Source: Halarcobacter sp. (GTDB lineage: Bacteria; Campylobacterota; Campylobacteria; Campylobacterales; Arcobacteraceae). Taken from it: a stretch of 64,000 nucleotides of DNA. How positions within the stretch are numbered: position 1 is the first letter of the stretch; the number at the start of each line of letters is the position of its first letter. A model generated the notes under the pieces. That model was given only the letters and a program-made list of their open reading frames with translations, did not search any database and was not told the DNA's origin. The stretch lies in assembly GCA_963676565.1 (NCBI GenBank), contig OY781089.1, positions 480,001-544,000 of the forward strand. Reading direction: 5' to 3'. A program made the position numbers and the translations under genes. Below, piece after piece: positions 16,830 to 27,674 of this stretch.

Positions 16830-18098
16830 ATGAGAAAAGAAACTATTGCAGTTCATGGTGGATATAACAATAAAGAAGCGTGGGGAACAATGAATGTACC
16901 TATTGCTCAAACAACTGCATATGCATTTAGAGATGCTGAACATGCAGCAAATTTATTTGCATTAAAAGAGTTAGGTTCAATCTATTCTAGATTAACAAAT
17001 CCTACTACTGATGTATTAGAACAAAGATTTGCACAATTAGAAGGTGGAGCAGCAGCAATTTGTGTTGCATCTGGTCAATCAGCTATTTTTTATGCTGTTG
17101 CAAATGTTGCAGAAGCGGGAGACAATGTTTTAATCTCTGATAAGCTTTATGGTGGAGCAGTTACACTTTTAACTTATACTTTAAAAAGATTTGGAATCTC
17201 TACAAAAGTATTTAAAAGTGAAGATGCCTCTAATTTAGAAGAACAAATTGATGAAAATACAAAAGCTATTTTCTTTGAATCTTTATCAAATCCTCAAATT
17301 GCTATTGCAGATATTGAAAAAATTGTAGAGATTGGAAAAAGAAATGGTGTTTTAACTATTTGTGATAATACTGTAGCAAGTGCTGCACTGTTTAACCCAA
17401 TTAAATGGGGAGTTGATGTTGTAGTTCACTCAACTTCAAAATATACAAATGGTCAGGGTTCAGCAATTGGTGGAATTATTGTTGAAAGAGATGGTTTAGC
17501 AGAGTTCTTTAAAGAGAATTCAAAAAGATATTATCACTTTGTAGAGCCAGATGTTTCATACCATGGTTTAGTTTATGTAGATGTTCCTCTACCAAACTTT
17601 TGTCTAAGAATTAGACTTAATTTATTAAGAGATATTGGAGCTTGTCAATCTCCTCATAACTCTTGGTTATTATTACAAACAATTGAAACTTTAGATATTA
17701 GAATGGACAAACATTCAAATAGTGCATTAACTGTTGCTAAGTTTTTAGAATCTAATTCAAAAGTAACATCAGTAAATTACCCAGGATTAGAGTCAAGTCC
17801 ATATTATGAAAAAGCACAAAAATATTTTGAAGGTGGGAAAGCATCTGGTCTTATCTCATTTGAAGTAGCAGATTTTGAGACTGCTAAAAAAGTGATTGAT
17901 TCAGCGAAGTTATTTAGTGTAGTTGTAAATATTGGTGATTCTAAGTCACTTATTGTTCACCCAGCATCAACAACTCACTCTCAAATGACTGAAAATGAGT
18001 TAAAAGAAGCAGGAATTAATCCAACTACAATTAGGTTATCTATTGGATTAGAAGATCCTCAAGATTTAATTGAAGATTTAGAGCAAGCATTAAGCTAA
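16830..18098 (+). CDS. metY: O-acetylhomoserine/O-acetylserine sulfhydrylase (MetY-like, Cys/Met PLP family)
   Basis: IYSRLTNPT, SGQSA, HSTSKY PLP lysine, NIGDSKSLIVHPASTTH; ATG 16830 behind GGAGG. Confidence 0.9.
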   Translation: MRKETIAVHGGYNNKEAWGTMNVPIAQTTAYAFRDAEHAANLFALKELGSIYSRLTNPTTDVLEQRFAQLEGGAAAICVASGQSAIFYAVANVAEAGDNVLISDKLYGGAVTLLTYTLKRFGISTKVFKSEDASNLEEQIDENTKAIFFESLSNPQIAIADIEKIVEIGKRNGVLTICDNTVASAALFNPIKWGVDVVVHSTSKYTNGQGSAIGGIIVERDGLAEFFKENSKRYYHFVEPDVSYHGLVYVDVPLPNFCLRIRLNLLRDIGACQSPHNSWLLLQTIETLDIRMDKHSNSALTVAKFLESNSKVTSVNYPGLESSPYYEKAQKYFEGGKASGLISFEVADFETAKKVIDSAKLFSVVVNIGDSKSLIVHPASTTHSQMTENELKEAGINPTTIRLSIGLEDPQDLIEDLEQALS

Positions 18099-18113
18099 GA
18101 AGGTTTATTAATT

Positions 18114-18527
18114 ATGCCACTAATTTCAACAAAAGGAGTATATGGTTTAACAGCCATGTACCAACTTAGTAAACATAAAGAGGATACTCCTGTTCAAATA
18201 AAAGAGATATCTTCTAGTGCTAATATTCCTCAAAATTACTTGGAGCAACTGCTTAGTAAACTAAGACGAGCAGAACTTGTGAAAAGTATTAGGGGTGCAA
18301 GAGGTGGTTATATTTTAGCAAAAGAGCCAAAAGATATTTTAGTAAAAGATATTTTAATTGCTTTAGAGGGTGATTTAAAAGTTATTGATAGTAGCACTGA
18401 AAACCCTATTTTAAACATATTTTTTGATGAAGCAAAAGAAAATACTAAAAAGATTTTTAATATCTCTTTAGCTCAACTTGATGATTATCAAGATAAATAT
18501 AACGAATTTTTACATTATAGTATTTAA
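18114..18527 (+). CDS. Rrf2-family regulator (CymR-like, no Fe-S cysteines)
   Basis: YLEQLLSKL, SIRGARGGY; no Cys in the protein; adjacent to cysK. Confidence 0.9.
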   Translation: MPLISTKGVYGLTAMYQLSKHKEDTPVQIKEISSSANIPQNYLEQLLSKLRRAELVKSIRGARGGYILAKEPKDILVKDILIALEGDLKVIDSSTENPILNIFFDEAKENTKKIFNISLAQLDDYQDKYNEFLHYSI

Positions 18528-18547
18528 TAAAAACATAAGGATATACA

Positions 18548-19474
18548 ATGAAATTTGCAGAAAACGTAACAGAACTAATTGGAAATACACCACTAGTAAA
18601 GTTAAACCAAGCGAGTAAAGAATCAGGTGCAACTGTTCTTGGAAAATGTGAGTTCATGAACCCTACTCACTCAGTAAAAGATAGAATTGGTACAAACATG
18701 ATTAAAACTGCTTTAGAAGGTGGTTTAATCAATGAAAACACAACAGTAATTGAGCCAACATCAGGAAATACTGGTATTGCTTTAGCTTCTGTTTGTGCTG
18801 GGCTTGGAATTAAACTTATTCTTACAATGCCATCTTCAATGAGTATAGAAAGAAGAAAACTTTTAAAAGCTTTAGGTGCACAGCTTGTTTTAACTGAGCC
18901 AGAAAAAGGGATGAAAGGTGCGATTGATAAGGCAAATGAATTAGCAGAGTCTACTGATAATTCATTTATTCCTCAACAATTTGCAAATAATGCAAACCCA
19001 GATATTCATAGAAAAACAACGGCTAAAGAGATTCTTGCAGATACAGATGGAAAAATTGATATCTTAGTTGCAGCTATTGGTACAGGTGGTTCTATTACAG
19101 GCATTGGAGAAGTTTTAAAAGAACATAATCCAGATATCCAAATTGTTGCGGTTGAGCCTGAAGCATCTCCAGTTTTAAGTGGTGGTAAACCAGGTCCACA
19201 TAAAATCCAAGGAATTGGTGCAGGTTTTGTTCCAGATGTTTTAAACACGGATTTATTTGAAGAGATTGTTAAAATTTCTAATGAAGATGCAATTAAAGCT
19301 TCAAGAGAATTAGCAAAAAATGAAGGTTTATTAATTGGAATTTCTGCTGGTGCAAATGTTTTAGCAGCTACAAGAATAGCTTCTAAACCAGAAAACAAAG
19401 GTAAAACGATTGTTACAATTCTTTGTGACACAGGTGAGAGATATTTAAGTTCAGGACTATATGACGATGAGTAA
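18548..19474 (+). CDS. cysK: Cysteine synthase A
   Basis: [43 protein letters not shown]. Confidence 0.97.
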   Translation: MKFAENVTELIGNTPLVKLNQASKESGATVLGKCEFMNPTHSVKDRIGTNMIKTALEGGLINENTTVIEPTSGNTGIALASVCAGLGIKLILTMPSSMSIERRKLLKALGAQLVLTEPEKGMKGAIDKANELAESTDNSFIPQQFANNANPDIHRKTTAKEILADTDGKIDILVAAIGTGGSITGIGEVLKEHNPDIQIVAVEPEASPVLSGGKPGPHKIQGIGAGFVPDVLNTDLFEEIVKISNEDAIKASRELAKNEGLLIGISAGANVLAATRIASKPENKGKTIVTILCDTGERYLSSGLYDDE

Positions 19475-19516
19475 AAACTCATCCTCTCATATAAACATTT
19501 AGTTTGAGAGGTAAAA

Positions 19517-19741
19517 ATGGCAGAAAAGGCAAGACGATCCATTGCTAAAACTGTCTCTTGGCGAACTGTCGGAACACTTGATACTATAATCATCTCCTAT
19601 TTTATAACTGGTAACCTTACTATGGCCGCGTCAATTGGTTCAATAGAACTATTTACAAAAATGGCCCTTTACTACTTTCATGAAAGAGCTTGGAATAAGA
19701 TCTCTTTTGGGAAAGTTCAGGAACCAGACTATCAAATTTAA
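19517..19741 (+). CDS. DUF2061 small membrane protein
   Basis: RSIAKTVSWR and YYFHERAW motifs. Confidence 0.88.
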   Translation: MAEKARRSIAKTVSWRTVGTLDTIIISYFITGNLTMAASIGSIELFTKMALYYFHERAWNKISFGKVQEPDYQI

Positions 19742-19770
19742 TTGATAAAAAATAAATATAGGTAATAGAT

Positions 19771-20469
19771 ATGCATGAGATTAACGTATTAAATGAAAAG
19801 TTTGCAAGAGCAGAGGCAAATGAGATTTTAGAGTACTTCATAAATGAGTACAAAGACAAAACAGCTTTATCAAGTAGTTTAGGTGCTGAAGATCAAGTTT
19901 TAACTGATTTGATGTTAAAAATTGACAAAAATGCAAATATATTTACTCTTGATACAGGAAGATTGCATCCTGAAACATATGATGTTATGGATGCAACAAA
20001 TCTAAAATATGGTGTAAAGATAAATGTTTTCTTTCCTTTAAATGATGATGTTCAAAAATTATATTCATCTCAAGGGATAAATGGACACTTTGAAAGTATA
20101 GAAAATAGAAAAAGATGTTGTGGTATTAGAAAAATTGAACCACTAAAAAGAGCTTTAAAACCTTTAAAAGTTTGGATTACAGGTTTAAGAGCAACACAAA
20201 GTGTCACAAGAGTAGATATGCCAGTTGTTGAATGGGACGAAAACTTTGAAGTTATCAAAGTAAACCCTTTAATAAACTGGAGTGAAGAGGATGTTTGGAA
20301 TTACATTAAAACAAACAATGTTCCATACAACAAACTTCATGACCAAGGTTTCCCAAGTATTGGATGTGCACCCTGTACTAGAGCTATTAAAGATGGTGAA
20401 GATATAAGAGCTGGTAGATGGTGGTGGGAAAACCCAGAACATAAAGAGTGTGGTTTACACGCTAAATAA
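19771..20469 (+). CDS. cysH: Assimilatory APS/PAPS reductase, Fe-S type
   Basis: LDTGRL, CC pair (RCCGIRK), SIGCAPCT, RAGRW, ECGLH. Confidence 0.95.
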   Translation: MHEINVLNEKFARAEANEILEYFINEYKDKTALSSSLGAEDQVLTDLMLKIDKNANIFTLDTGRLHPETYDVMDATNLKYGVKINVFFPLNDDVQKLYSSQGINGHFESIENRKRCCGIRKIEPLKRALKPLKVWITGLRATQSVTRVDMPVVEWDENFEVIKVNPLINWSEEDVWNYIKTNNVPYNKLHDQGFPSIGCAPCTRAIKDGEDIRAGRWWWENPEHKECGLHAK

Positions 20470-20490
20470 AAAATTAACGGAATTATAGAT

Positions 20491-21414
20491 ATGAATGAAA
20501 TTAATATAAGTCAAGAAAGACTAACACACTTAAAACAACTAGAAGCAGAATCAATGCACATAATGAAAGAAGTAGTAGCAGAGTTTAGTAACCCTGGTAT
20601 GCTTTATAGTGTAGGTAAAGATTCTTCAGTAATGTTACACTTGCTACAAAAAGCCTTTTACCCAGCACCACCACCATTGCCTCTAATGCATGTGGATACT
20701 AAATGGAAATTTAAAGAGATGATAGAATTTAGAGATAGACGTGCTAAAGAAGTAGGTATGGAATTAATCGTTTACTCAAACCCAAAAGGGATTGAAATGG
20801 ATATTTCTCCCTTTGAGCATGGGTCTGCTTTACATACTGATATTATGAAAACTGAAGGTTTAAAAAATGCACTAAATATCCAAAAGTTTGATGCAGTGTT
20901 TGGTGGAGCAAGAAGGGATGAAGAAAAAAGTAGAGCTAAAGAGAGAATCTACTCTTTTAGAGATAAAAACCATAGATGGGATCCAAAAAACCAAAGACCA
21001 GAACTTTGGAATATATATAATGGAAGACATACCCAAGGTGAATCTATTAGAGTATTCCCATTGTCTAACTGGACAGAATTAGATATTTGGCAATATATCT
21101 ATTTAGAAAATATTGATATCCCTGATTTATACTTCTCAAAAGAGCGTGAAGTGGTAGAGTATATGGGTACAAAAATCATGGTTGATGATGACAGAATACC
21201 TGAAGAGCTAAGACGTACTGCTAAAAAAGAAAAAGTTAGATTTAGAACATTAGGATGTTATCCTCTAACAGGAGCAGTTAACTCTGAAGCAACAACATTA
21301 CCTGAAATTATTCAAGAGATGTTAGTTTGTACAACAAGTGAAAGACAAGGGAGATTAATAGATAGTGATGGTGATGCATCAATGGAGAAAAAGAAACAAG
21401 AAGGGTATTTTTAA
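20491..21414 (+). CDS. cysD: Sulfate adenylyltransferase subunit 2
   Basis: [40 protein letters not shown]. Confidence 0.97.
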   Translation: MNEINISQERLTHLKQLEAESMHIMKEVVAEFSNPGMLYSVGKDSSVMLHLLQKAFYPAPPPLPLMHVDTKWKFKEMIEFRDRRAKEVGMELIVYSNPKGIEMDISPFEHGSALHTDIMKTEGLKNALNIQKFDAVFGGARRDEEKSRAKERIYSFRDKNHRWDPKNQRPELWNIYNGRHTQGESIRVFPLSNWTELDIWQYIYLENIDIPDLYFSKEREVVEYMGTKIMVDDDRIPEELRRTAKKEKVRFRTLGCYPLTGAVNSEATTLPEIIQEMLVCTTSERQGRLIDSDGDASMEKKKQEGYF

Positions 21415-21415
21415 G

Positions 21416-22879
21416 ATGGCACATCAATCAGATTTAATAGCAACAAATATAGAACAATATTTAAAAGAGCATGAGAATAAAGAGATTCTTAGATTTATTA
21501 CTTGTGGAAGTGTTGATGATGGTAAATCTACACTAATAGGAAGATTACTTTATGATTCAAAGATGATATTTGAAGATCAATTAGCCTCTATTGAAAAAGA
21601 TTCTAAAAAAAGTGGAACTACTGGTGATAAAATTGACTTAGCACTTTTAGTTGATGGATTAGCTAGTGAAAGAGAACAAGGTATTACTATTGATGTTGCC
21701 TATAGATTTTTCTCAACAGATAAAAGAAAGTTTATTATTGCAGATACTCCAGGTCATGAACAATATACAAGAAATATGGCAACGGGGGCATCAACTGCTG
21801 ATTTAGCAATTATTCTTGTTGATGCAAGACAAGGGATTTTAACACAAACTAAAAGACACTCTTATATTGCATCTTTATTAGGTATTAAAAATTTAATCGT
21901 TGCAATTAATAAAATGGACTTAGTTGACTTTTCACAAGATGTATTTGAAAAGATTAAAGCAGATTATCAAGAGATTATTGAATATCTACCTCATAATAGA
22001 GATTTAAATATTCAATTTATTCCTATTTCTGCACTTGATGGAGATAATATATTAACAAACTCTCCTAAGTCGCCTTGGTATAAAGATAAACCTTTAATGC
22101 AACTATTAGATACAACAGAGATTCATAAAAAAGAGAATAATAGTTTTAGATTCCCTGTTCAATATGTAATAAGACCCCACTTAAACTTTAGAGGTTTTTC
22201 AGGGACTATTGCAAGTGGTTCAATTAGTGTTGGTGATGAGATAACCGTACTTCCTTCAAGAAAGACTAGTAAAGTTAAATCAATAGTATCAAATGATATA
22301 AAAGATTTAAGACCAATAGGAAAAGATGAAGAGGTAGAGACTATTTCTAAAGCCTTTGCACCAATGACAACAACAATTACACTTGAAGATGAGATTGATA
22401 TTAGTAGAGGTGATATGATTGTAAAATCAACAGATATCCCTAAAGTATCAAATCATTTATCAGCAATGGTTGTATGGATGGATGAAACTCCATTAAAGTT
22501 AAATCAAAACTATGTAATTAAAAGAGCTACATCAGTATTAAATGGAGCATTTAATTCTATTGAATTTAAAAAGAATATTAATACATTTGAAGAGATTGAT
22601 TCAGATAGTTTAGAGTTAAATGATATAGCAAAAGTTACAGTATCTTTAGATAGAGAAATAGCAGTAGACCCATATCATGAGAATAGATATACAGGAAGTT
22701 TTATTATTATTGATAAATATACTAATTCTACTGTTGGTGCTGGGATGATTGTGAGTTCTATTGAAGGTTTTGCACATTTAGAAGAAGAGAAAAAAGTTTA
22801 TACTCAAGCAGAAATTGAGTTAAATGCATATATTAGAAAAAACTTCCCTGAATGGGGTTGTAAAGAGATTTTAGGATAA
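21416..22879 (+). CDS. cysN: Sulfate adenylyltransferase subunit 1 (GTPase), without fused APS kinase
   Basis: GSVDDGKSTLIGRLL, EREQGITIDVAYR, DTPGH, NKMD; start ATG 21416 just after the cysD stop. Confidence 0.96.
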   Translation: MAHQSDLIATNIEQYLKEHENKEILRFITCGSVDDGKSTLIGRLLYDSKMIFEDQLASIEKDSKKSGTTGDKIDLALLVDGLASEREQGITIDVAYRFFSTDKRKFIIADTPGHEQYTRNMATGASTADLAIILVDARQGILTQTKRHSYIASLLGIKNLIVAINKMDLVDFSQDVFEKIKADYQEIIEYLPHNRDLNIQFIPISALDGDNILTNSPKSPWYKDKPLMQLLDTTEIHKKENNSFRFPVQYVIRPHLNFRGFSGTIASGSISVGDEITVLPSRKTSKVKSIVSNDIKDLRPIGKDEEVETISKAFAPMTTTITLEDEIDISRGDMIVKSTDIPKVSNHLSAMVVWMDETPLKLNQNYVIKRATSVLNGAFNSIEFKKNINTFEEIDSDSLELNDIAKVTVSLDREIAVDPYHENRYTGSFIIIDKYTNSTVGAGMIVSSIEGFAHLEEEKKVYTQAEIELNAYIRKNFPEWGCKEILG

Positions 22880-22883
22880 ATCA

Positions 22884-24446
22884 ATGGCAGATAAAGAAAC
22901 AAAAGCTCAAAGAGTTGAGCGTATAAAAAAAGAAAAAGATGGACTTGATGTAATCAAGGACATCTATAGATATGCCGAAACGGGAGAAAATGTACATCCA
23001 GAAGATATTGATAGATTTAAATGGTATGGAATGTACACACAAAATAGAAATCTTCAAGATGAAAACGATGAAACTTTATATTTCATGCTTAGAGTTAAAC
23101 TTATTTCTGGAGAATTAACTTTACCTCAACTAAAAGTTATGGCTGAGATTTGTGAAAAGTATGCAAGGGGAACTGCTGATTTTACAACAAGACAAGATTT
23201 ACAATTCCACTTTATAAGAGTAGCAGATTTACCTGAAGTTTTTAGATTGCTTGATACTGTTGGATTAAGTTCTATTTTTGCAGCAGGAGATGTTCCAAGA
23301 AATGTTGTTTCTTGTCCAGTAAATGGTATAGATCATGAAGAGATAGCTGATGTAACGCATATTGTTGAAAACTTAAATGCTTATTTCAAAGGGAATAGAG
23401 AATTCTCTAATCTTCCTAGAAAGTATAAAGTTGGTGTAAATGGATGTTCTAAAAACTGTATGCACCATGAGATGCAAGACTTAAGTTTCAACGCTGTAAA
23501 ACTTGAAAATGGTGAAATAGAATTTGCAGTTAGTGTTGGTGGGGGATTAGCTTCAAATAGAAGAATTGCTGAACATATTGGATATGTAACTGAAGAGCAA
23601 ATTATTCCTTTGACTGAAGCAGTAACTAAAATATATAGAGATTTTGGATTAAGAGAAAAAAGAACAAAAGCAAGACTTGGTCACTTAATTGAAGTTTGGG
23701 GACTTGAAAAGTTTGTTGAGACTTTAAGTGAAAGTATTGATTTTAAAATCAAAGAACCAAATGAGATTGAATACACACACTCAAAATATAGAGAACATTT
23801 CGGTATTCATGACTCAAAAGTTGAAGGTTCAAGTTTTATAGGATGTGCTTTAAATTCTGGACATATAGGCTTAGATGGATTAAATAACTTAATATCTATT
23901 TTTGAAAAATATGAAGCGAAAGCTTTAAAAGCAACAGTTACGCAAAATATTGTAATAACTGATGTTCCATCAAAAAATGAAAAAGATATGGCTAATGATT
24001 TAGAACAAGTTGGCATTACACCATTTCCATCTAATTTTAAAGCTAGAATTCAAGCATGTACAGGACTTGATTTCTGTAAGTTTGCCATCTCTGAAACAAA
24101 AGGTGTTGCTAAAAATTTAGTTGAACACTTGGAAACAAAATTTCCAGAATTTAATGAAAGAGTAACCATAAGTGTAAATGGTTGTCCAAACTCATGTGCA
24201 CACCCTCACATTGTTGATATTGGACTTATGGGAACAAAAACAAGAGATGATGAAGGGAAAATGACTGAAGGATTTGAACTTCTAGTTGGTGGATTTTTAG
24301 AAGGTGTTAATTCACAATTTAATAAAAAAACTGGTATAAAATTTCCATTAAATAAAGTAAATGAAACTATTGAAGACTTAGTTATAAACTACCAAAATTC
24401 AGAGTTTACAAGCTTTAGAGACTTTTTATTAACAAAAGCAAAATAG
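22884..24446 (+). CDS. Sirohaem/[4Fe-4S] sulfite reductase (ferredoxin-dependent Sir/CysI type)
   Basis: FTTRQDLQ, NLPRKYK, ACTGLDFC and GCPNSC ligands; last gene of the cys operon. Confidence 0.9.
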   Translation: MADKETKAQRVERIKKEKDGLDVIKDIYRYAETGENVHPEDIDRFKWYGMYTQNRNLQDENDETLYFMLRVKLISGELTLPQLKVMAEICEKYARGTADFTTRQDLQFHFIRVADLPEVFRLLDTVGLSSIFAAGDVPRNVVSCPVNGIDHEEIADVTHIVENLNAYFKGNREFSNLPRKYKVGVNGCSKNCMHHEMQDLSFNAVKLENGEIEFAVSVGGGLASNRRIAEHIGYVTEEQIIPLTEAVTKIYRDFGLREKRTKARLGHLIEVWGLEKFVETLSESIDFKIKEPNEIEYTHSKYREHFGIHDSKVEGSSFIGCALNSGHIGLDGLNNLISIFEKYEAKALKATVTQNIVITDVPSKNEKDMANDLEQVGITPFPSNFKARIQACTGLDFCKFAISETKGVAKNLVEHLETKFPEFNERVTISVNGCPNSCAHPHIVDIGLMGTKTRDDEGKMTEGFELLVGGFLEGVNSQFNKKTGIKFPLNKVNETIEDLVINYQNSEFTSFRDFLLTKAK

Positions 24447-24511
24447 ATTTAGGAGTAAAACTCCTAGGTTTATTAATAGAATCTATAATAAAAATAAGTT
24501 AAAATTATTCT

Positions 24512-25834
24512 ATGAAAAAAGATATTTTTAGACCATTTTTTGATGAAAATACAAATGTATTAGATTTTATAAGATATAACACAATTGGTAAAAGCAAAAA
24601 AGAGTACTTTGATTATACAGCCTCTGGACTTGGATTTAGACAAGTAGAAAATAGAATCAGAGATGTATTAGAAACCTATGCAAATACTCACTCAAAGGAA
24701 TCTGCTAATGCCAATATTACTAATCAATATTATAATGAAGCCTTAGATTCTTTAAAAAACTCTTTAGAATTAAATGATGAATTTTCTATTATCCCTGGTG
24801 GTTGTGGAGCAACTGCTGCAATTAAAAAACTTCAAGAATTAATTGGAATATATATTCCACCAGCAACATTAAAAAGATTTAATATTACAGTTGCTAAAAA
24901 AAAGCTTCCATTAGTTATTGTTGGTCCATATGAACACCACTCAAATGAGATTAGCTATAGAGAAGCTTTATGTGAAGTAAAAAGAATCCAACTTGATAAA
25001 AATGGACTAGTTGATTTACGACAATTAAAAGAGATTTTACAAGAGAATAGACACAGAGAGATAATTGGAAGTTTTTGTATAGCTTCCAATGTAACTGGGA
25101 TTGTAACACCATTTGAAGAGATTTCAAGATTACTTAGACTTTATGGGGCAACAGTTTGTTTTGATGCAGCGGCAAGTAGTCCATATATGAATATCCCATG
25201 TGAACTTTATGATGCTTTATTTATCTCTCCACACAAACTTTTAGGAGGTCCTGGAAGTTGTGGTATCTTAGTTGTGAGGAACTCTTTAATTGACAATACT
25301 CTTGCTCCATCCTTTGCAGGAGGTGGTACAGTTTCATATGTAAATTCTCAAATACAAGAGTATGAAAAAGAGATTACCGTAAGAGAAACAGCTGGAACAC
25401 CAGGAATTTTACAACTAATTCGTGCAGCTCTTGCATATAAACTTAGAAATGAAATAGGGTTTGAATTTATTTGTAATCAAAAAAATATGCTATTAAAACA
25501 TTTCCTAAATGAGATAAAAAAGATACCTAATATTAAAATCTATGGTAACCTTGATTCTAAAAATATTGGGATAATCTCTTTTAATATTGAAGATATAAAT
25601 CCATATGATATATGTGAAAAACTATCACAAGATGACGGAATCCAAACAAGGGCAGGTTGTTCTTGTGCTGGACCTTATGGACACGATTTATTAGGCTTTA
25701 ACACAAAAGAAGAAGTTCAAGAAAAACCAGGGTGGATTAGGATTTCAATACACTATTCACAAACTTTAGAAGATATTGATAATCTTCTAAAAGCTTTAAA
25801 TAAATCTGTAGTAAAAGCAAGTAATCTAAAATAA
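24512..25834 (+). CDS. Class V PLP enzyme (cysteine desulfurase-like)
   Basis: DYTASG, YEHHSN, SNVTG, SPHK, RAGCSCAGPYG. Confidence 0.88.
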   Translation: MKKDIFRPFFDENTNVLDFIRYNTIGKSKKEYFDYTASGLGFRQVENRIRDVLETYANTHSKESANANITNQYYNEALDSLKNSLELNDEFSIIPGGCGATAAIKKLQELIGIYIPPATLKRFNITVAKKKLPLVIVGPYEHHSNEISYREALCEVKRIQLDKNGLVDLRQLKEILQENRHREIIGSFCIASNVTGIVTPFEEISRLLRLYGATVCFDAAASSPYMNIPCELYDALFISPHKLLGGPGSCGILVVRNSLIDNTLAPSFAGGGTVSYVNSQIQEYEKEITVRETAGTPGILQLIRAALAYKLRNEIGFEFICNQKNMLLKHFLNEIKKIPNIKIYGNLDSKNIGIISFNIEDINPYDICEKLSQDDGIQTRAGCSCAGPYGHDLLGFNTKEEVQEKPGWIRISIHYSQTLEDIDNLLKALNKSVVKASNLK

Positions 25835-25840
25835 ATTAGA

Positions 25841-27592
25841 TTACTTGCTTAACACTTTCTGTAACTTAGTTTCTTGACCATCACTTACTTGTTTATGTAC
25901 ATTTATTATAGGTTTAACATGGGCTTCTCGCCCTAAAGAGAAACTTTGTTCATCAACAATTACTTTATATGCTTTATTAAGCTGTAGAGCCCTTTTTGCA
26001 CTTGGTACTATCAAATAAGCAATATCCTTTTTTAATTTTTCAATCTCTTTTTCTTTTAACTTCCAATACTGTTTTTGATAAGCAAGTGGATTTTCTAACT
26101 TTTCATCTAAATCTTTTTGAATATTTTCTTTATCTTCTTCCCAACCTTTGACAAAAAACTTTTCCATAATCTCTTTATTTTGTCTAAACTCGTCACCTGC
26201 ATTATTCACTTTTAAATACTGCACATATTCAGTATCACCATTTTTAAGGAGTTTATCCTTTATACCTTCTAAGCCTTTTTGACTCCAATGATACCAACCA
26301 TTTTGAAAACTATTACCTTCTAATTTTCTTTGAAAAACAAAAGTAGAGTCTGCTATTGCCCCAATATTATTATGACATCCCATACAAAAAATTGTTTCCT
26401 CATAACTTTGTGGTCTTAGCTCACCTTCTACATCTTCAATAAAACCTTGATATTTCCATCCTAAGGCATTATAAACTCCAAGTTCTGCATCCCCTAAAAA
26501 TTCATCTAATCTATCGGGGTTATCATTTTTCCCTTTTAGTTTTGAAAGACCTAGATTTTTAAGTTCACTATATGAATGCCATCTTACTTTTTTCCCATAC
26601 CTAAGCTCCTTCATACGTGGAGCCATAACTATTTTTTCATCTTTATCAACACCAATATATCTAACTGTATGTAGAAATTCTGTTTGTATAGGATAAAGAC
26701 CTGGTGCTATCATTACTTTATTTTTTTCAAGAAGTTTTTTTGCTTTTCCAACATAGGTCATTGAAAAATCAGAAATTTTGAAAGTATCGTTATTATATTT
26801 TGGTTGAGTCCATTTAAAAACTATTTTATTTGCAATATCAAGTTTTCCATTTTGGTTTATATCAAAACCATATCTCTTTTCATCAGTTGCATCTATTTTT
26901 ACGTCAGCTTGTTTAATTAAAGACTCAACAATAGAAAGATTTAATTTATAAACTTCTTTATTAAACTTTCCATTTTCATCTAATCTAAAATCTTCACCTA
27001 ATCTAATAATTACATCATCAGTACTTCCATTTGTAGGCCAAAAAGTTCCTAAAAATGGTCTATATGCAAAGGATCTCCATCCTGTATAATTACCTTTTGG
27101 ATCTTTATCAAAACCTTCATTATCAAAATTAAAGTAGCAATCAGGGATAAAACCATCCCATTTGGAGTTTTTATTATAATCCCATTTTTTAGGAATGTTT
27201 TTTAGTTTTTCTCTTAGTATAATTTTATTGTCTTTAATATAATTGTTTTTATTTATATATTCTAAAATCTCTTTATCGCTTATTTTTGAAACCTCTTTTG
27301 TCCTATCTTTAAAAAGATTTGTCCAAGGATTTTTTAAAGCTGGAGCTGGAAAATCATAAGCTTCTTGTAAATCATCATCACCCATAGTATAATTTGGTTC
27401 TTTATTTTTAGTATGGCATGTGTAACATGGATTATGTAATAAATTTTTGTTTTTGCTATCTTCAGTTTTTGTATAACATTGTGAACTAATATATGCTGAA
27501 CCGTTTAATAATTTATTATGAAGTAAATCTACCTCTGCTGAAAAAAGATAGCTATTTAGTAGTACTAAAATAATAAGTTGCTTTTTTAACAT
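25841..27592 (-). CDS. Exported hypothetical protein with two CxxCH motifs (putative c-type cytochrome)
   Basis: Signal peptide; CYTCH near the N-terminus and CMGCH at about residue 403. Confidence 0.7.
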   Translation of the reverse strand: MLKKQLIILVLLNSYLFSAEVDLLHNKLLNGSAYISSQCYTKTEDSKNKNLLHNPCYTCHTKNKEPNYTMGDDDLQEAYDFPAPALKNPWTNLFKDRTKEVSKISDKEILEYINKNNYIKDNKIILREKLKNIPKKWDYNKNSKWDGFIPDCYFNFDNEGFDKDPKGNYTGWRSFAYRPFLGTFWPTNGSTDDVIIRLGEDFRLDENGKFNKEVYKLNLSIVESLIKQADVKIDATDEKRYGFDINQNGKLDIANKIVFKWTQPKYNNDTFKISDFSMTYVGKAKKLLEKNKVMIAPGLYPIQTEFLHTVRYIGVDKDEKIVMAPRMKELRYGKKVRWHSYSELKNLGLSKLKGKNDNPDRLDEFLGDAELGVYNALGWKYQGFIEDVEGELRPQSYEETIFCMGCHNNIGAIADSTFVFQRKLEGNSFQNGWYHWSQKGLEGIKDKLLKNGDTEYVQYLKVNNAGDEFRQNKEIMEKFFVKGWEEDKENIQKDLDEKLENPLAYQKQYWKLKEKEIEKLKKDIAYLIVPSAKRALQLNKAYKVIVDEQSFSLGREAHVKPIINVHKQVSDGQETKLQKVLSK

Positions 27593-27627
27593 TTAGATAT
27601 GCCTTAGTTTAAAATCGTTAGAAATAG

Positions 27628-27659
27628 AAAAAACCTAAGGGGAATTCCCTTAGGTTTTT
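27628..27659 (-). terminator. Intrinsic terminator after phoX
   Basis: aaaaacctaaggg-gaatt-cccttaggttttt. Confidence 0.8.
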
Positions 27660-27674
27660 AATATATTTATATAT

